NCBI GenBank assembly: GCA_964016885.1
Contig: OZ024740.1
Location: forward strand, 204,228,001 to 204,292,000
Origin: Eledone cirrhosa
Taxonomy: Eukaryota
DNA length: 64,000 nucleotides
Direction of reading: 5' to 3'
Shown: positions 13,642-28,260 of the stretch, in pieces
How the letters are laid out: each line of letters begins with the position of its first letter
Numbering within the stretch: position 1 is the stretch's first letter
Notes under the pieces: model-generated
Told to the model about the DNA's origin: nothing
What the model saw: only the letters and a program-made list of their open reading frames with translations
The model's database searches: none
Program-made: the position numbers and the translations under genes

Positions 13642-15012
13642 GTACGTTATAAATTTTTTTCTAACACAACAAATGTTTTAAAGGCCATTTTCACAGCTAG
13701 AGCAAAGGTTATACTTGCGGGTCCATAATAACCTTCATACTCATCATGAAGTCCTTTTTATGCAATGTTTTATAACTAGAACCCTTTTGGGGAGGCTCCC
13801 TCTCTTATAATCTTCCCTTACAGCATGCAGAGATACGGTGTGCTTATTCCGATTTAGATACACACGTCTTTCTAACAATAATGAAAGCAATGATCTATTT
13901 TTAGAAACGTTGAGCTGATATGTATGTATTTATGGAAAAATAACTTAGGATTAGAAGCTTCAATGCGCGTATTTTTTTCTTTCTTCTTTTATTTTTTTAC
14001 TATGAAAATTTAACCTAACAAGTTAGGCATAAAAGCTCCCTCGACGGAAAAAAGTTAACAGCATCTTACTCACGGTTAATTTCCAATGAATAATGAAAGA
14101 AATGCTTTTTTAATTTAAGTATTTATCATATTTAATAAGTGTCTGCCAACTTTTCTAATTGTTATTTACAATATTCCTCTAGATGCAACTTGTTTAGAAT
14201 AGGTTCACCATATCTAAACGATTGGTGCCAGGAAGGGTATCAGACTAAATTGTTGCCTAAAAAAAGACCACATGATGAGTATGTAGCCTATTATGGGGCC
14301 CTGCTCTTTCAGGGGAAATGGACTTAAAACACTTGTTGTATTGTTAGTCGAGGCACATAATCTTGTGGTAAGGGTGTTGAGCTTACGATCATAATGTCGT
14401 GGGTTCGATTCCTGGACTGGGTTGTTCTTGGGCAAAACACTTCATTTCAAGTTGCTCCAGTATACTCAGCTGAAAATGAGTACCGGCAATAACTGGAGCG
14501 GAGGTTAACCCTGCGATGGACTGGCGTCCCGTTCAAGAGGGGTCTTGTACACTCACTCCAAGAGGAGTCTTGTACTCTCACTCGTTAAACGCCAAGGGAA
14601 CGAGAACCGGTCTTATGACAGACTTTAGACATTTGTCGCATTGTTTACAACAAACTGTATTATATAAGAATAATCTGAGCATTATTGTTCTACAAAGGAA
14701 CGCTAGTGAATTATCTCCAGGAATTTGGTTAATCTTATCGTTTAAATAATTTTGCTGTAAATTCCTGGATGCGTACAAGCGGAGCCTAATACCTATTGCC
14801 ACTTTACACGTCATCATTATCGTTGTTGTCATCATCATCGTTATCACCATCATTGTCGTCATTGTTGTCGTCACCGTCATCATCATTGTCGTCATCGTCA
14901 TCGTTGTCATCGTCATCGTCAACGTCATCGTTAATGTCATCGTCAACATCATCGTCGCAGTCGCCGTTATTGTAGCCTCCATATTAGTTCTAATGAAGGA
15001 AACCTATCATAA

Positions 15013-16795
15013 CACCGTGTAACAAAAACATTTTTTTTCTCTGTTCCTGGCTTGTAATCACTTTTTTGTGTTGCTTAGGTCCCAAATAGATAAATAAAAA
15101 AGTGCTATTAAACAGTTAAAAGTTGGGGTTTGTAAAAATTCTAAGCTATTCACTAGAATTATTTGTATGCTGGATTTTACGTTGTATGTAAGTTTAATTT
15201 GCTTATGTTAAATGATTTTTTATATATGTTTCAGGTTAAATTAAAATTATAAAATAAAGAGTAATACCTAAAGAAAATTATAAAAGTGCAATAAAGTATA
15301 AAATTGTTAAAAAGTGGATTAAAGAGATTTATTGATACTGGGGTACCAGAAAAAGTTCCTCACTTCCCGAACCAAAAAGAAGTCAATGACTTGGTCAGGG
15401 ATATGGGTCTGACCAAGTCCAATGCAGAGCTATTCGTCTCCAGGATGAAGCAGTGGAACTTGGTCAAGGAGGAAGTGCAGGTGACAAGTCAAAGAAGTCG
15501 ACACGAACCTTTCTCAGGCTTTTACACTCTTAGGGAGGGCCTCTGCTTCTGCCATGACGTGCCTGGACTGTTTGACGTTATTGGGGTGCCGTTTGTGCCC
15601 AAGGAGTGGCGGCTATTTATAGACAGCTCCACCACAAGTTTGAAGGCTGTCCTCTTCCACAATGGAAACAAGTTCCCGTCACTGCCCCTAGCTCATTCAG
15701 TCTGCCTGAAGGAAGATTACTACAGTGTGAAAGTCCTCTTGGAAGCTCTGCAATACAACCAGTACAATTGGGAAATCATTGGAGACTTCAAGATGGTGGC
15801 TTTCCTGCTTGGACTCCAAGGATGCTTTATCAAATTCCAATGCTTCCTCTGCCTTTGGGACAGCAGAGCCACCTCTGACCACTACAAAAGAAAGAACTGG
15901 GAGCAGCGAACAGAATTTGTAGTTGGGACCCGGAACGTCATGTGGGAGCCACTGGTTGATCCCAGGATTGTGCTCATGCCGCCACTGCACATTAAGTTGG
16001 GGTTGATGAAGCAGTTTGTGAAGGCTCTCAACCAAGAATCAGCCGTTTTTAAGTACCTTCTTGAGTTCTTCCCCAAATTATCTGAGGCCAAAATCAAAAG
16101 TGGAATTTTTGTTGGATAAATAAGGTGTTTGAGTCTACCGAGTTCTCCAATAAGCTCAATAGGATTGAGAGAACAGCATGGAACTGTTTCAAGGCAGTTG
16201 TTAAGGGCTTCCTAGGCAACTACAGAGCTGACAACTACCAGCAACTGGTGCAGGATCTGATAAAGGCTTTTGGCGCCATGGGATGCAGGATGTCGCTTAA
16301 ACTCCATATGCTGGACGCTCACCTGGAAAAATTCAAGGACAATATGGGCGCCTACTCAGAAGAACAAGGCGAACAATTCCACCAAGATGTGAAAGAGATA
16401 GAGTGGAGGTACTAGGGCCACTACAATGAAAAAATGATGGGGGACTATATCTTGGGGCTAGTGCGGGAATGCGACCTGGACTACAACCGCAAATCCAGGA
16501 AATCCAGTCATTTCTGACGTATATAATTTGCTTTATAAGTGTTATTTGTTTTTACTTGTTTGTTTTTGATACGCTTGTGTAATAAAATAAATATATACTC
16601 TGTTGATTTAATTATATGAACTGATAAATTTTTTTTAAATGTGTTTTTTCTTGAAAAATATGAAAATTTCGAAATATCAAACTCCTGACCACAAACCCAA
16701 ACTTCTGATTAAATAATAGTGTTTTTTTTAATAATAATGGGATATAACAAACCAGTAAATGACACTTAGAACCGATGAACAAAAAACATGTTAAG
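15013..16795 (+). mobile_element. Chapaev3-like (CMC superfamily) DNA transposon, defective transposase
   Basis: ORFs 15304..16119 and 16125..16415 (WRLFIDSS, GDFK, CFLCLWDSRA, PPLHIKLG, SLKLHML, SEEQGEQFHQD). Left terminus CACCGTGTAACAAAAAC; right terminus degenerate. Family assigned from recalled motifs. Confidence 0.7.
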
Positions 16796-16899
16796 TTTTT
16801 AATATGTATATTCTATCATTTCATATTAAACCCACCAAGGAGCAGTAAAATAAGTTTAAAATAAGAGCTAGGTTTTCAGAGTGAAATACTTCATATTTC

Positions 16900-17810
16900 A
16901 TTAGAAATATGGTAATGAAAAGGTTAAGTAATCATATTGATGGCCTCCCCACAGCCCGGCGTACAGAATGGGGAAGGCGTTCCCTCGGAGGATGGTAAGG
17001 TAGATGCGCTGGAAGAGCCATTCCATCTCGCGAGGCTCACACCTGCGGCTGGCCAGCTCAGCGCCTATGGTGGTGAGTAGGGAGGTAGCCCTTGGGCCGA
17101 GGACACCAAAAGTCTCCACTGCCAAGGGTACAACGGCAAACCTGTCGGAGAGCGACCGGTATTTGGAGAGTTTGGCCTCCTCAGCCCGACGTGCAGCAGA
17201 ACCTGGGTTAGTCGCAGACTGCATCAATATGATTACTTAACCAGGTTGCGGCTGGAGAAAGTGTCGCTTCTCAGATGAGGGGTTTTCCACCATGGAACGG
17301 GAAGATGGTCATGCCGTCTGGCCTTTTGCCGTCCCCTCGGTTCAACCCCACCGGCTCGAGCTGGGAAGGGAAGCCTGCAGCGTCCAAGTCATGCTTTGTG
17401 ACCTCGTTGAGGGCAGCATGGCGCGGAAGGCGACCGGCACTGTGGCGATAGGAAAGCGGGTGGAGGCCGAAAGAGTCCACGGTGGATCCACAGCGACATT
17501 TGTGTGGCTCGCAGATCCGGAGGCCAAGCCTCAAGGAAACGCCGATGCGCAGGCTGTTGTTATCCAGCTGCGTGCCAGTGGAGAAGGAGGGCAAGACAGG
17601 GAGCCAGGCACCACTGTGGGGTTTGGAGGCCGCACGAAAACAGGCAAGGCGGTGCTGGTCGAGCTGGCGCGTGAGCCTGTCTGAGGCCAGGCTGCACTGG
17701 ATGACATGACAAATGTTTGGGAGGGAACTTGACGTCAGCAGGGGGAGAAGGAGGAGGGACGTCTACCCAGCCGATCCCATGTCTCATAGGCGACCTCACG
17801 TTCCCTGATC
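16900..17810 (-). mobile_element. CRE-like non-LTR retrotransposon 3' part (Zn finger plus restriction-like endonuclease), frameshifted
   Basis: CRCG...H...RHAALN, RGDGKRPDG, AEEAKLSKY, VPLAVETFG. Confidence 0.75.
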
Positions 17811-17899
17811 ACAGAGGGTTCCATTGTGTTTTTGATACAAATGATGTTATATTCTATCTCTAATTGGTGCTTATAGATAAAATCTAATATGAAACATTC

Positions 17900-18559
17900 A
17901 CTCATTTCAAAGTGAGAAAATCTTCCAATTTATTTAAAAGATTAAAAGAGAAGCGCTGGAAAGACAATAAGGGGATTAATGCAATGGTGGATGAGGTGAA
18001 GCAACAAATAAAAGATAAAACAGCAAAACTAAAGAAGTACGAAGAAAAAAGTAACCAAATCAACCAAAAAGATTATATGAGAAACTGGAAGGAATTGAAA
18101 GGAACAATGATGTAAGGCCATATGCAAAAGAAAGCATTGCTTTTTTGAAAATACATTTAAAGCCAAACTTGTTCAACACTGATAAAACAGATTGGATAAA
18201 GGCGGTTAAGAAACAGGTAACAGGTGTATAGGAGCAAGAAAATATCAAAAGAACAAAAGAGATGGTGAAAACCCAGTTGCGAAAGATGGCAAAATGGAAA
18301 GCAAGTGGGCCAGATCATGTAAATGATACTGGTTAAAATACTTCAGCAACTTACATTAACTACACAGTTAGATAAAGTCATAAGTTATGGAGAAACACCA
18401 AAATGGATAACAAAAGTACACACATGTATTGATACTGAAAGATGAGAGTAAAAGTAGCGAAGCTTCAAATTTCAGACCAATTACATGTCTTCCATTGATG
18501 TGAAAGTTCCTAACAGAAATATTAACTGAGGAAGTGTATACACACAGAGGGAGAGAGAG

Positions 18560-18641
<82 letters not shown>

Positions 18642-19235
18642 TGCTTCCTGAAGAGCAGAATGGGTGAGGGTGTAATAGCAGAGGAACGAAGGACCATCTG
18701 ATGATTGATATACTGGCACTGAAGAACTACAAAAAAAAACTCCCTGATCTATGCTTTACCTGGGTTGATTAACAGAAGGTATTTGATATGGTGCCGCATT
18801 CTTCACTCTTTAAATATTTTTAAGTTATCAGACAACATCAAGAGCCTGATAGAAAAATCAATGGTTAAATGAAAAGAAGAGTTGATATCAGCTGGAGAAA
18901 GATCAGGTGAAGTGAAGATAAAGCAGTGCAGATTCCAAGGGACTGTTTATCACCAATGTTTGTCGTTGCAATGATACTACTACCAGTTGTTCTTAAACGC
19001 ATGCCAATTCGATACAACCTAGAGAAGGATAGGAGCAACTTAAATCATCTATTGTTTATGGATGATTTAAAACTGTACAGTCGTAATGTAGAAGAGCGAA
19101 ACATTTCAGTACAGTCAGGGTAATTTCCGAAGACATTGGGATGGAGTTTTGCCATTGCAAAATGTGCGATGATAGAGATGAAGCTTGGAATAATGGTAAG
19201 GAGTGATAGAATTGAACTGCCAGTCAACAAGTAGT
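17900..19235 (+). mobile_element. Degraded Dong/R4-clade LINE fragment interrupted by (GA)n
   Basis: NHLLFMDDLKLY, WKASGPD and FRPITCLP remnants similar to the element at 29731. Confidence 0.75.
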
Positions 19236-19559
19236 TCAAAACGTGTTTTCGCCCTCTCAGTTATTCACATTTCAATAACAAAAACATTTAAAATGGTTTT
19301 CTCTCTTTAGTCAATTCAATAATATTATTGAATGTATCAGTTCTATTTCAATTTAAAGATATTTTTATATATTTTTTAAATGTGAACTTAATAATTGTTT
19401 CTACTTTTGGCACAAGGCCAGCAATTACCCAGTGTATTACTGGTACTTTATTTTATCGACCCCATAAGGATGAAAGGCAAGGTTAACCTCGGCGGGATTT
19501 GAACTCATTAATAATAATAATATTCCACGCTACTCGGAATTATTCAGATAATTCATATA

Positions 19560-20420
19560 AAGATTATTGCTGAAGTTTATCTCCCGAGAAAGGATATATT
19601 CAGCGCTAGCATGGCTAAACAATGTCTTAGCTGATAAAGAATACTGTTAATTATCAAAGAAATAAACAACCAGTTATCACTCTTAAATGACTGGTATTCA
19701 GCAAAGAAGCTTTCTCTGAATGTAGATAAAACTAAGTACACTCTTCTCTGCTCACCAGCTAATGACGACGATCTGCCTTTAAAGCTCCCAAAAACTTCAT
19801 TTGGGCTCAAAAGAAATCAAATGGTCCAGATATACAAAGTTTTAAATTGAAAATTGTACATTCAAGCAATAGAATTCAAACTATCGACACAAATTGGAAT
19901 AATCTTTAGAGCTTATAAGTTTTGGACAACAAAGCGATAAAAATGTTACATTTTTTCTTTTGTTAATCCATATTTAATATATGGTAACCTAGCTTTGGGT
20001 AATGTCAAGAAGACAAAACTAAGTAAACTTCATACTTTACAAAAAGTGCTGTCAGGATTGTATCAAAGGTTCCCAGAGGCTCCCACTCTCGGCCTTTAAT
20101 GCTTGATAATAAAATCTAAACATTTATTAAATAAATTTGGCTGCTCACTTGAAACTAATGTTCAAAGTTTATCACAAATCTACACAAAAAGGTGCTCAAG
20201 AAAAATTTATAATGAATAGTCGCAAATATCCGGCAAAGTTTTCTAGGACAACATTCAAATGTAATAGCTACACCATAACAAAACTTAATAAATTCAGCTA
20301 CCTCTGTTATGGACCAATAATCTGGAATTATTTTGTGTGTAAAGATACAACTCTTCCAGATTCAAAAGATGTAAAAAATATATTAAAAAGATGCTGTTGA
20401 GTAAATAACAAACCTGTTTG
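19560..20420 (+). mobile_element. Degraded CR1/L2-like LINE 3' fragment
   Basis: LNDWYSAKKLSLNVDKTKY and YGPIIWN remnants. Confidence 0.55.
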
Positions 20421-20997
20421 TGGAAAAAAAAACCTACCATTTTTAGTAACGTTAAAAAACTATTTCAAAATTTCTATACCGACGAAGGTCAAATGTATAT
20501 TTATGTGAAAAAACGTGGAAACGTGAAGGATGAAACATGAAAACTTAAAAGCTTATATAAAAGCTCAAATGTCATTTTGCTGAAATGTTTGTATATGATA
20601 TTTCTTTTATTTATAAGGTGACAAATTAGAAGAGGTGTTATGTAGAGCGTCGATTAAATGCCTCGATATTTGTTTCAGGTTACTGTGTTCTGAGTTCAAA
20701 TCCCACCAAGGTAAACTTTGCCTTTCACCCTTTCAGTATCGATAAATAAAATAGCAGTCGAGGAGCGGCGGATTGGCGGAATTGTTAAAATCGGCCGAGA
20801 TATTTTGAAGTACCTGATTCGGCTGAACGTTTTAAGTTCAAACCCCAACCTGCTAGAAGTTATCATCTGCAGATAGTATCAGCAATAGAAAGACCAATGG
20901 AAACATTGTTTCTTTACTACTATCTAACACTTTTTTCTTTTTCTTTTCCTTTAATAATAAGTTTTTCTAATGGAAAATATATATGTTTATGATTCAG

Positions 20998-21118
20998 CGG
21001 AAAAGCGCCTGCATAATGGTTACGCCGAAGTATTCTATAAGGGAGCATGGGGGAGAATATGCGATGATAATTGGAGCCTTCAAAATTCATTTCTTTTCTG
21101 CCATGAGCTCGGATACAC
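20998..21118 (+). CDS. SRCR exon, first half of domain 3
   Basis: ttcag|CG...AC|gtaag; EKRLHNGYAEVFYKGAWGRICDDNWSLQNSFLFCHELGY. Confidence 0.92.
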
Positions 21119-21166
21119 GTAAGAGAATTTACATGATATTTGAAGGAAAAATGTATGTATGTATGT

Positions 21167-21895
21167 ATTAGATGCAGATTTTTTGGAATGTTTTACATTT
21201 TTTTACTGTTCCATTAATTGATTGTACTTGTAATTTCCTAACTAGTTGTGTTCCTTCTGTTTCTGTGAAGCCCAGCTTCTCAAGATTTGTATTGAGGCAG
21301 TTACTAACATATCCCAGTGCCCCAATAATCACAGGTATAAATCTGGAGGTATAGTCAGGATGGAGTATCTGCAGATTTCTCATTAGTTCTGCATAGATAT
21401 TCTCCTTTTCGCTAATCTTTGATATTATATTGGCATCTGCTGGGCAGCTAACTTCCCTACTGTGCATGCCTTCTTTTCCCTGTCCCATATCATTATATCT
21501 GGTCTGTTATGCCTGCATTTTATTGGGGTTTTTACTGGAACATTCCACCAGTACTCTTTCATGTTATGTATATGTATGTCTTCCACATTGCTGTAGCTTT
21601 TAATGTGTTTATTATCTTTTCTATGGATTGCATTGTAGTGTTTTGACCACTACATCATGCCTCGTAGGTAGATAGTACTGCGATGACATCTTTGGACAGC
21701 TGCTTATGACATGGGTGACATCTTCGATGTTAGTTCTGCAGAGTCTGCACTTGTCACATCTAGGTGTTTTGCCTGCATCCCTATCTCTTTTATGAATCAG
21801 GTATTTTGTGTTGATTTCCTGTTCTTGGATTGCAAAGGGGTATCCTTCAAAGTGGGAGCCAATATAGCGGTTGTTGGTCCAAGATAGACTACTTT
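21167..21895 (-). mobile_element. R4-like LINE 3' fragment inserted in a (TATG)n/(CATA)n microsatellite
   Basis: CRLC...H...C, HNRPDI, EVSCP, FIPVIIGALG; (TATG)n on both sides. Confidence 0.8.
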
Positions 21896-23513
21896 GTATG
21901 TATGTATGTATGTATGTATGTATGTATGTATGTATGTATGTATGTATGTATGTGCGCGTGGACAGGAAATACTCAATTTGGTGCCTGAGCGTTCGATTAG
22001 CCTATCGGGAGTGGTGGAATCCTAGTTCTTGTTACGACATCATTCTAGGAGAGGGAAAACTCTGATGTAAAACCTAAGACTTGATGGCAACCAATGATGT
22101 TGTCCTGTTCTTTTTAAGTAACAGTCACCGTTGTTCAGAGAGTGGGACTGGTCCAGTGCAGGCCTTTCTTCACTTAGAAAAGCTTCAAACACAGACATCA
22201 CTTAATCTAAACGACTTTTACGTGTGTTGAATGAGCATAGCCTTTTCTTTTTTCTTTCGCTTCAACATATGCAGAAATGAATTTAAATCCTTGGAAGAGC
22301 TAAAAATTCATGTTCATGCCACCATGTATGAGGAAAAGGTCAAGGGATGACAATTCTTGAAACTGAGATGCAGCCATTATGTATATGCGCTGTTTGTTCG
22401 ACTAAGTGAGGATTCTTACAAAGTGTAAACATAGATAACCGTAGACCTAACAGGCGACTCAGGTTAACATTGTCCCTCGTTTTTAGCGGAGCTTTTTTTA
22501 TGTTATAAGAATTCTGTTTAGATCCCAAGGACCTTGCTTTTCCTACAAACCTTCATTTACAGGTGTTTATAAGCTGAATACCAACCGCATTAATCTCACC
22601 AGCCTGGGAGAGATTGCAAAAGTCATGGGCACTGCCTCACTTCCCATGATTTTTCTTATTCTTTTATTCTTTTACCAGCTTCGGTCATTAGACTGCGACT
22701 ATGTTGGGGAACTGCCTTAAAGAAATTTAGTCGAGAATATCGACTGCATTACTATTTGTCGAACCGCTAGGTTATGGGGCATAATATAAACATAAACACA
22801 CACGCACACACACACATTGACACATATACACATATATATATGAAGGGGTTCCACACAATTTCTGAATACCAAATTTCACTCATAAGACATTGGTCAACCT
22901 GAGGGTACAACAGAAGACCTGCCCACGGTGTCGCGCAGTGGTAGTGAACCTGAAATCATGTTGCAAAGCGATCTCCTTAACCACAGCCATATTTGCATCT
23001 AATGACAAGTTTATTTAACGAGTTATTTACCTAATCGTGAGATCTCGTAGTTAATTGTTTAATTAATGAGATTTCTGCCTCCAGCCTTATCGCTTCGGTC
23101 ACAAACCCAAACATTGCTGCCCGTAACACAGAGGAGCAGAAGATATCCAAATAACAGGACATGACTGGCCGTTTCCTTTTCATGTTGGTCGAAATCGAGA
23201 CCTTCAGTACTCTCGGTCCCCCAACTGTCGTGTTCCTCTGCAAAATTAGGGGGCGGTGCATCTCATTTATGGAAGAATCCCCCTGAGGTAGAATGGCTGA
23301 TGCAGCGTGTGTCACTAGCTGTTCTAGGAAAATCTTTCGCCAACTTACTCGCGGGGTGCAGCTGAGATATACCGCCAAACTAGAGTGTAGATCTTGCCCC
23401 TCTTTGCCCCTTTTTTCATTATTCTGCCCAACCCTTTTTTTCTCTTCTTTTCTCTCATTCTGTTTATTATTTTAATACTTTTACTTTTCAAATATTATTG
23501 AATACTAATTATA

Positions 23514-23745
23514 TAGGGTGTCCCAAAAGTCACACAGGGGTCGCAACTGTGTATAATTTTTTTTATTTTATAATATTTTATAATATTTTATAATATTTTA
23601 TAATGTAGAGGTGTGACAAGGATTGACGAGTGCAAAATAATTTCCATTATGTCCTTTAAGTTGTATCAAGATTTCATACATCAATCTGTACAATTCAGGA
23701 AGTTAATAAAAACTAAAACCCCTGTGTGACCTTTGGGCCACCCTG
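23514..23745. mobile_element. Tc1/mariner-type MITE
   Basis: TIR agggtgtcccaaaagtcacacagggg / cccctgtgtgacctttgggccaccctg; TA flanks. Confidence 0.85.
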
Positions 23746-24249
23746 TATAATATCAAATTAATTATGTTTGAATTGATGGAGTCATAGGGTACAGTAGTGA
23801 CAAATGGCGAGTTTGGGGCATTTTAAACCCATAGAAGCACATCCTCCCTCCTGTACACAGCCAATTTCTTCCTGTGAAGGAGAGAGTGGTGAAGAGGAAG
23901 TGAGGAAGGGATATAGAATGAGCATCAACTCCCAGCACTGGACACGTACATTTTTATCGCTTCCAAATGATGAAAGGCAAAATAGACCTTGGTGGGTTTT
24001 GAATTCAAATTGCTGAGAGCCAGAAGGAATATCGCAAAAATCATTTTATCCGACGTGCTAACAACTCTGCCGATCGACGGCAATGTTGGATTAGTACTTT
24101 ATCTATCGACTCTGAAACAGCGACACGCAAAACTGACTTCGGTGGTATTTGAACTTAGAGGGTAGTGTGTCGGAACAAATACGACTCTACCAATTAGCCG
24201 TCTTTATACAATCACGATTATATAAATGTGATTTTTATATTAATTTCAG

Positions 24250-24416
24250 GTTGGGAAATAAACTGAATCAATTTATGCCAATGGATTCAACAAGAGCTTG
24301 GCTTCGGAATGTACAGTGTTCAGGAAGAGAATCTTACCTCGATGAATGTAGCCATTCTGATTGGAATCACCAAACTTGTACAAGTGGAAAGCATGTCAAA
24401 CTAATTTGCTTCAAAA
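24250..24416 (+). CDS. SRCR exon, second half of domain 3
   Basis: ttcag|G...A|gtaaa; LGNKLNQFMPMDSTRAWLRNVQCSGRESYLDECSHSDWNHQTCTSGKHVKLICFK. Confidence 0.92.
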
Positions 24417-24624
24417 GTAAATAATTTTATCACCATAGTGTATGGAAGATTAGACTAACAGCTTTTATTGTTCTATTACAGTTTAGGAATCAGCGTATAA
24501 AACCTAAATTTCTGTATTATGATTAAGAATGGTTTTGTGAAGTGGAGCGGAAAGAAATCACAAGTAAATGAGATATGAGATATTTAATATATTCTCCAGA
24601 GAAGGTACATCACTCTCTCTCTCC

Positions 24625-24669
<45 letters not shown>

Positions 24670-24675
24670 CCTCTC

Positions 24676-24761
<86 letters not shown>

Positions 24762-24882
24762 GGAGGTGAGTTTTATTGTAGCACAATAAAGCAATGCAAA
24801 TATCGGATAAGTAACACTCCACAGTTTATAGGACTGGAGTATAAATAATATAAGATCAAAAGATGGTTAAAAGAGTTCCAAG

Positions 24883-24953
24883 TATTTTATTATGCGTATT
24901 TCAAAAGCAAGTATCATCATGGGATGATATTTGCGTTCTCATCAGATAAAATA
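24883..24953 (-). ncRNA. Type I hammerhead ribozyme
   Basis: tattttat-CTGATGA-stem II (gcaa.tatcatc/gatgata.ttgc)-GAAA-tacgca-TA-ataaaata. Confidence 0.82.
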
Positions 24954-25919
24954 GGGAAACATGATATGAAGCTTAAAAAACACTTGTGAGCAGTGAAGTT
25001 TTAAATCAACATATGAAAAATAAAGTAAGATGGATTTATGAGATTGGGAAAAAAAGGAGGGGGTAGGAGATGGTAAGAAAGAGGAAGAAAGAAAATAAAT
25101 GAAGTGGGAGGATTATAGGAAGGAAGGATGAGAGAGGAGGAGAAATGAGTGATAGAGAGAGAGAAAACATTGTTTCACAGAGAGAAATTAAAAAACCGTT
25201 GGAAGATAATAGATAATTTAAAAAGATTTTGAAATTAAAAGTTAATGAGGTTATGGATGTTGATGTTTATGATTAAAGAAAAGGAATTAAGAATAGTATT
25301 AAAGGTTTATATATTGAAGGGTTTAATAATATGTGCGAAAAAAAGAATTTATTAATATGTATTATTAGAATAAAAATATTAATGATATTAAGGATATAAT
25401 GTGAAAGAAGGAGAAGAATAAATGAATTATGAACTTAGAGGAATTAGTTAGGGTTTAAGTTTGTTTTTATGTATTGTAATATGTAAAAGTAAATAATAGG
25501 TTTAAAACGAGCGCGGAAGGAGAGAAGAAAAAAGAAAATTTAAGGAAGAAAAAATATCTAACGTCAAAAGGTATATATGTTTACAAAAATTTCTAATGGT
25601 AATATTATTATGTATTAAAAAAATATAGTTTCTATTGCCAAATGGAAAAATGGAAAAATGGAAAATGCTGTAGTGAGTAATAATATGAATTGAGAAGTAA
25701 TTGGGAAGTAAAGGTTACAGATTAAAGATTAGAAATTAAAAAGAAAAAAGGGAAGAAAAGAAAAGGATAAAAGAAGAGAGATAGTGGACCTCTAACGATA
25801 TAGAATGAATAAATTGTATAATATAATATAGTGAAATAAGGTAGAAAGATGGGTATATTTGTAATAGATATAAAAGCCTTTGAAAAAAAAAGATTTTAGA
25901 CTAAATACGTATTGAGATA

Positions 25920-26795
25920 TTAGCTGTATACTTTATGGAAAGTTCTAAGGGATTTATGCAAGCAGAGCGAGAATAAATCCGTACGTCTATTTATTATGGA
26001 ATTAAAATTAGATATAATGGTAAATTTCTCAGCTAGGCAGAGATTACATGTTCTGGATAGGGAAGAATTCCGGTAGGGAAAGGCGTTGCAAACCTCCCTC
26101 CAAGAGATGTTATAGTTAATATTTTTGGCTTTTAAGGACCATATGAGTTCCGTGAGTGCCGTGTTAGTTCTTTTGAGTTGGTATTTAAAAGACGATTTGT
26201 GATTATAAAATCTTGCTTTAAAGGAAGTGGAAGTGGAACCAAAATAGGTAAAAAAATTAGTACCAGTTATAACCTTACATTCATACACTAAGTTTTTGTC
26301 AAGACATTGGTTATTAAGAGGACATTTAGATCTAACAGGGCAATTACAATTACGATTAGAGAAATTAACAGAGTTATTAACAAGTGACCTAGTATTATTT
26401 GTGGAAGGAATTGGATTGGAGAAGTTATTTACGATAGGAACTATAGTTTCCTGGTTTAGATTGGTATTATGAACATTCAACGAAGTTACGTTTGACGTCG
26501 TATTTAAATTTACTGAATCTATCCTAGAATTAATGTTGACGTCGGGTATACTACTGCTATTATTATGACGCTCAGTGTTGGAAGGATGTAATTTATTATT
26601 TAATATTTTATTATTGTGTTTAGAGATAATGTTAGAGCTGTTGGAAGTGGTGGAATAAGAGAATTTGATTGTATGTTTGTTAAAGATTTTACTATAGATA
26701 TGCGAGGGAGGGAAGCATTTATCTAAGGCCCTAAAGAATAGTTTAGGAATATTATTAGTGATAGATAAAGAAAAAGGAGCATTATACCAAATCAT
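25920..26795 (-). pseudogene. PLE linker plus GIY-YIG endonuclease (C-terminal part of RT-EN ORF)
   Basis: 291-aa ORF; upstream RT-thumb remnants at 26800-27170 (FLAISLNL, YVNFKSNHP) are frameshifted. Confidence 0.85.
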
Positions 26796-27791
26796 ATTTT
26801 TGTATCTAGGTCTTTTATTTAATTTATTGGAATGATCATAATTAACTGTTTTACTATAAGTCCTTCGATGATTGGTTTCTTTACTGTATTTAATTTTATC
26901 AGGATAACCGGCTTTGGAAAGCGCATTATTATAGTAATTGGCATTGGCGTCGAAGATAGCTTTATTAGAGGATAGATTTGAGGTTCTTTTTCCAATATTA
27001 CTGACTATAGCATTTTTAACGTTAGTGGGTGGTTAGATTTAAAGTTAACATAATTTAGATTTTCATTGTTTTTATAGTAAGGGTAATATAGGCCAGTGTC
27101 AAGATTAAGGGATATAGCCAAGAAATTAGCTAGTTTGACGTTATTATCAAATTCAATTTTAAGGTTATGTTCTTCCCTATCCAGAACATGTAATCTCTGC
27201 CTAGCTGAGAAATTTACCATTATATCTAATTTTAATTCCATAATAAATAGACGTACGGATTTATTCTCGCTCTGCTTGCATAAATCCCTTAGAACTTTCC
27301 ATAAAGTATACAGCTAATATCTCAATACATATTTAGTCTAAAATCTTTTTCTCAAAGGCTTTTATATCTATTACAAATATACCCATCTTTCTACCTTATT
27401 TCACTATATTATATTATACAATTTATTCATTCTATATCGTTAGAGGTCCACTATCTCTCTTCTTTTATCCTTTTCTTTTCTTCCCTTTTTTCTTTTTAAT
27501 TTCTAATCTTTAATCTGTAACTTTTACTTCCCAATTACTTCTCAATTCATATTATTACTCACTACAGCATTTTCCCTTTTTCCATTTTTCCATTTGGCTA
27601 TAGAAACTATATTTTTTAATACATAATAATATTACCATTAGAAATTTTTGTAAACATATATACCTTTTGACGTTAGATATTTTTTCTTCCTTAAATTTTC
27701 TTTTTTCTTCTCTCCTTCCGCGCTCGTTTTAAACCTATTATTTACTTTTACATATTACAATACATAAAAACAAACTTATATCATGTTTCCC

Positions 27792-27862
27792 TATTTTATC
27801 TGATGAGAACGCAAATATCATCCCATGATGATACTTGCTTTTGAAATGCGCATAATAAAATA
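27792..27862 (+). ncRNA. Type I hammerhead ribozyme with palindromic stem III
   Basis: tattttat-CTGATGA-long stem II-GAAA-tgcgca-TA-ataaaata; 8-bp stem I. Confidence 0.88.
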
Positions 27863-27892
27863 CTTGGAACTCTTTTAACCATCTTTTGATCT

Positions 27893-27993
<101 letters not shown>

Positions 27994-28000
27994 TGGGAGA

Positions 28001-28079
<79 letters not shown>

Positions 28080-28144
28080 TATAGAAATGGCTTCTACAGG
28101 ACTAGAGCTGTCTCATTATAAAGAAATCATGATGCTTGAACCCA

Positions 28145-28260
<116 letters not shown>

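Noticed and set aside
14139-14327. Possible extra exon after tcctctag near 14182
   Set aside because: The required phase hits TAG within a few codons, there is no SRCR motif, and the sequence runs into repeat-derived DNA.
14350-14415. tRNA genes (also near 42016, 44165, 58135)
   Set aside because: A/B-box heads continue into shared SINE bodies and have no intact cloverleaf.
14578-14982. 134-aa Thr/Met-rich ORF
   Set aside because: Degenerate (CAT/CGT)n trinucleotide repeat.
27005-27317. ORFs 27005..27241 and 27096..27317 as genes
   Set aside because: Chimeric frames across the PLE inversion junction at 27170.
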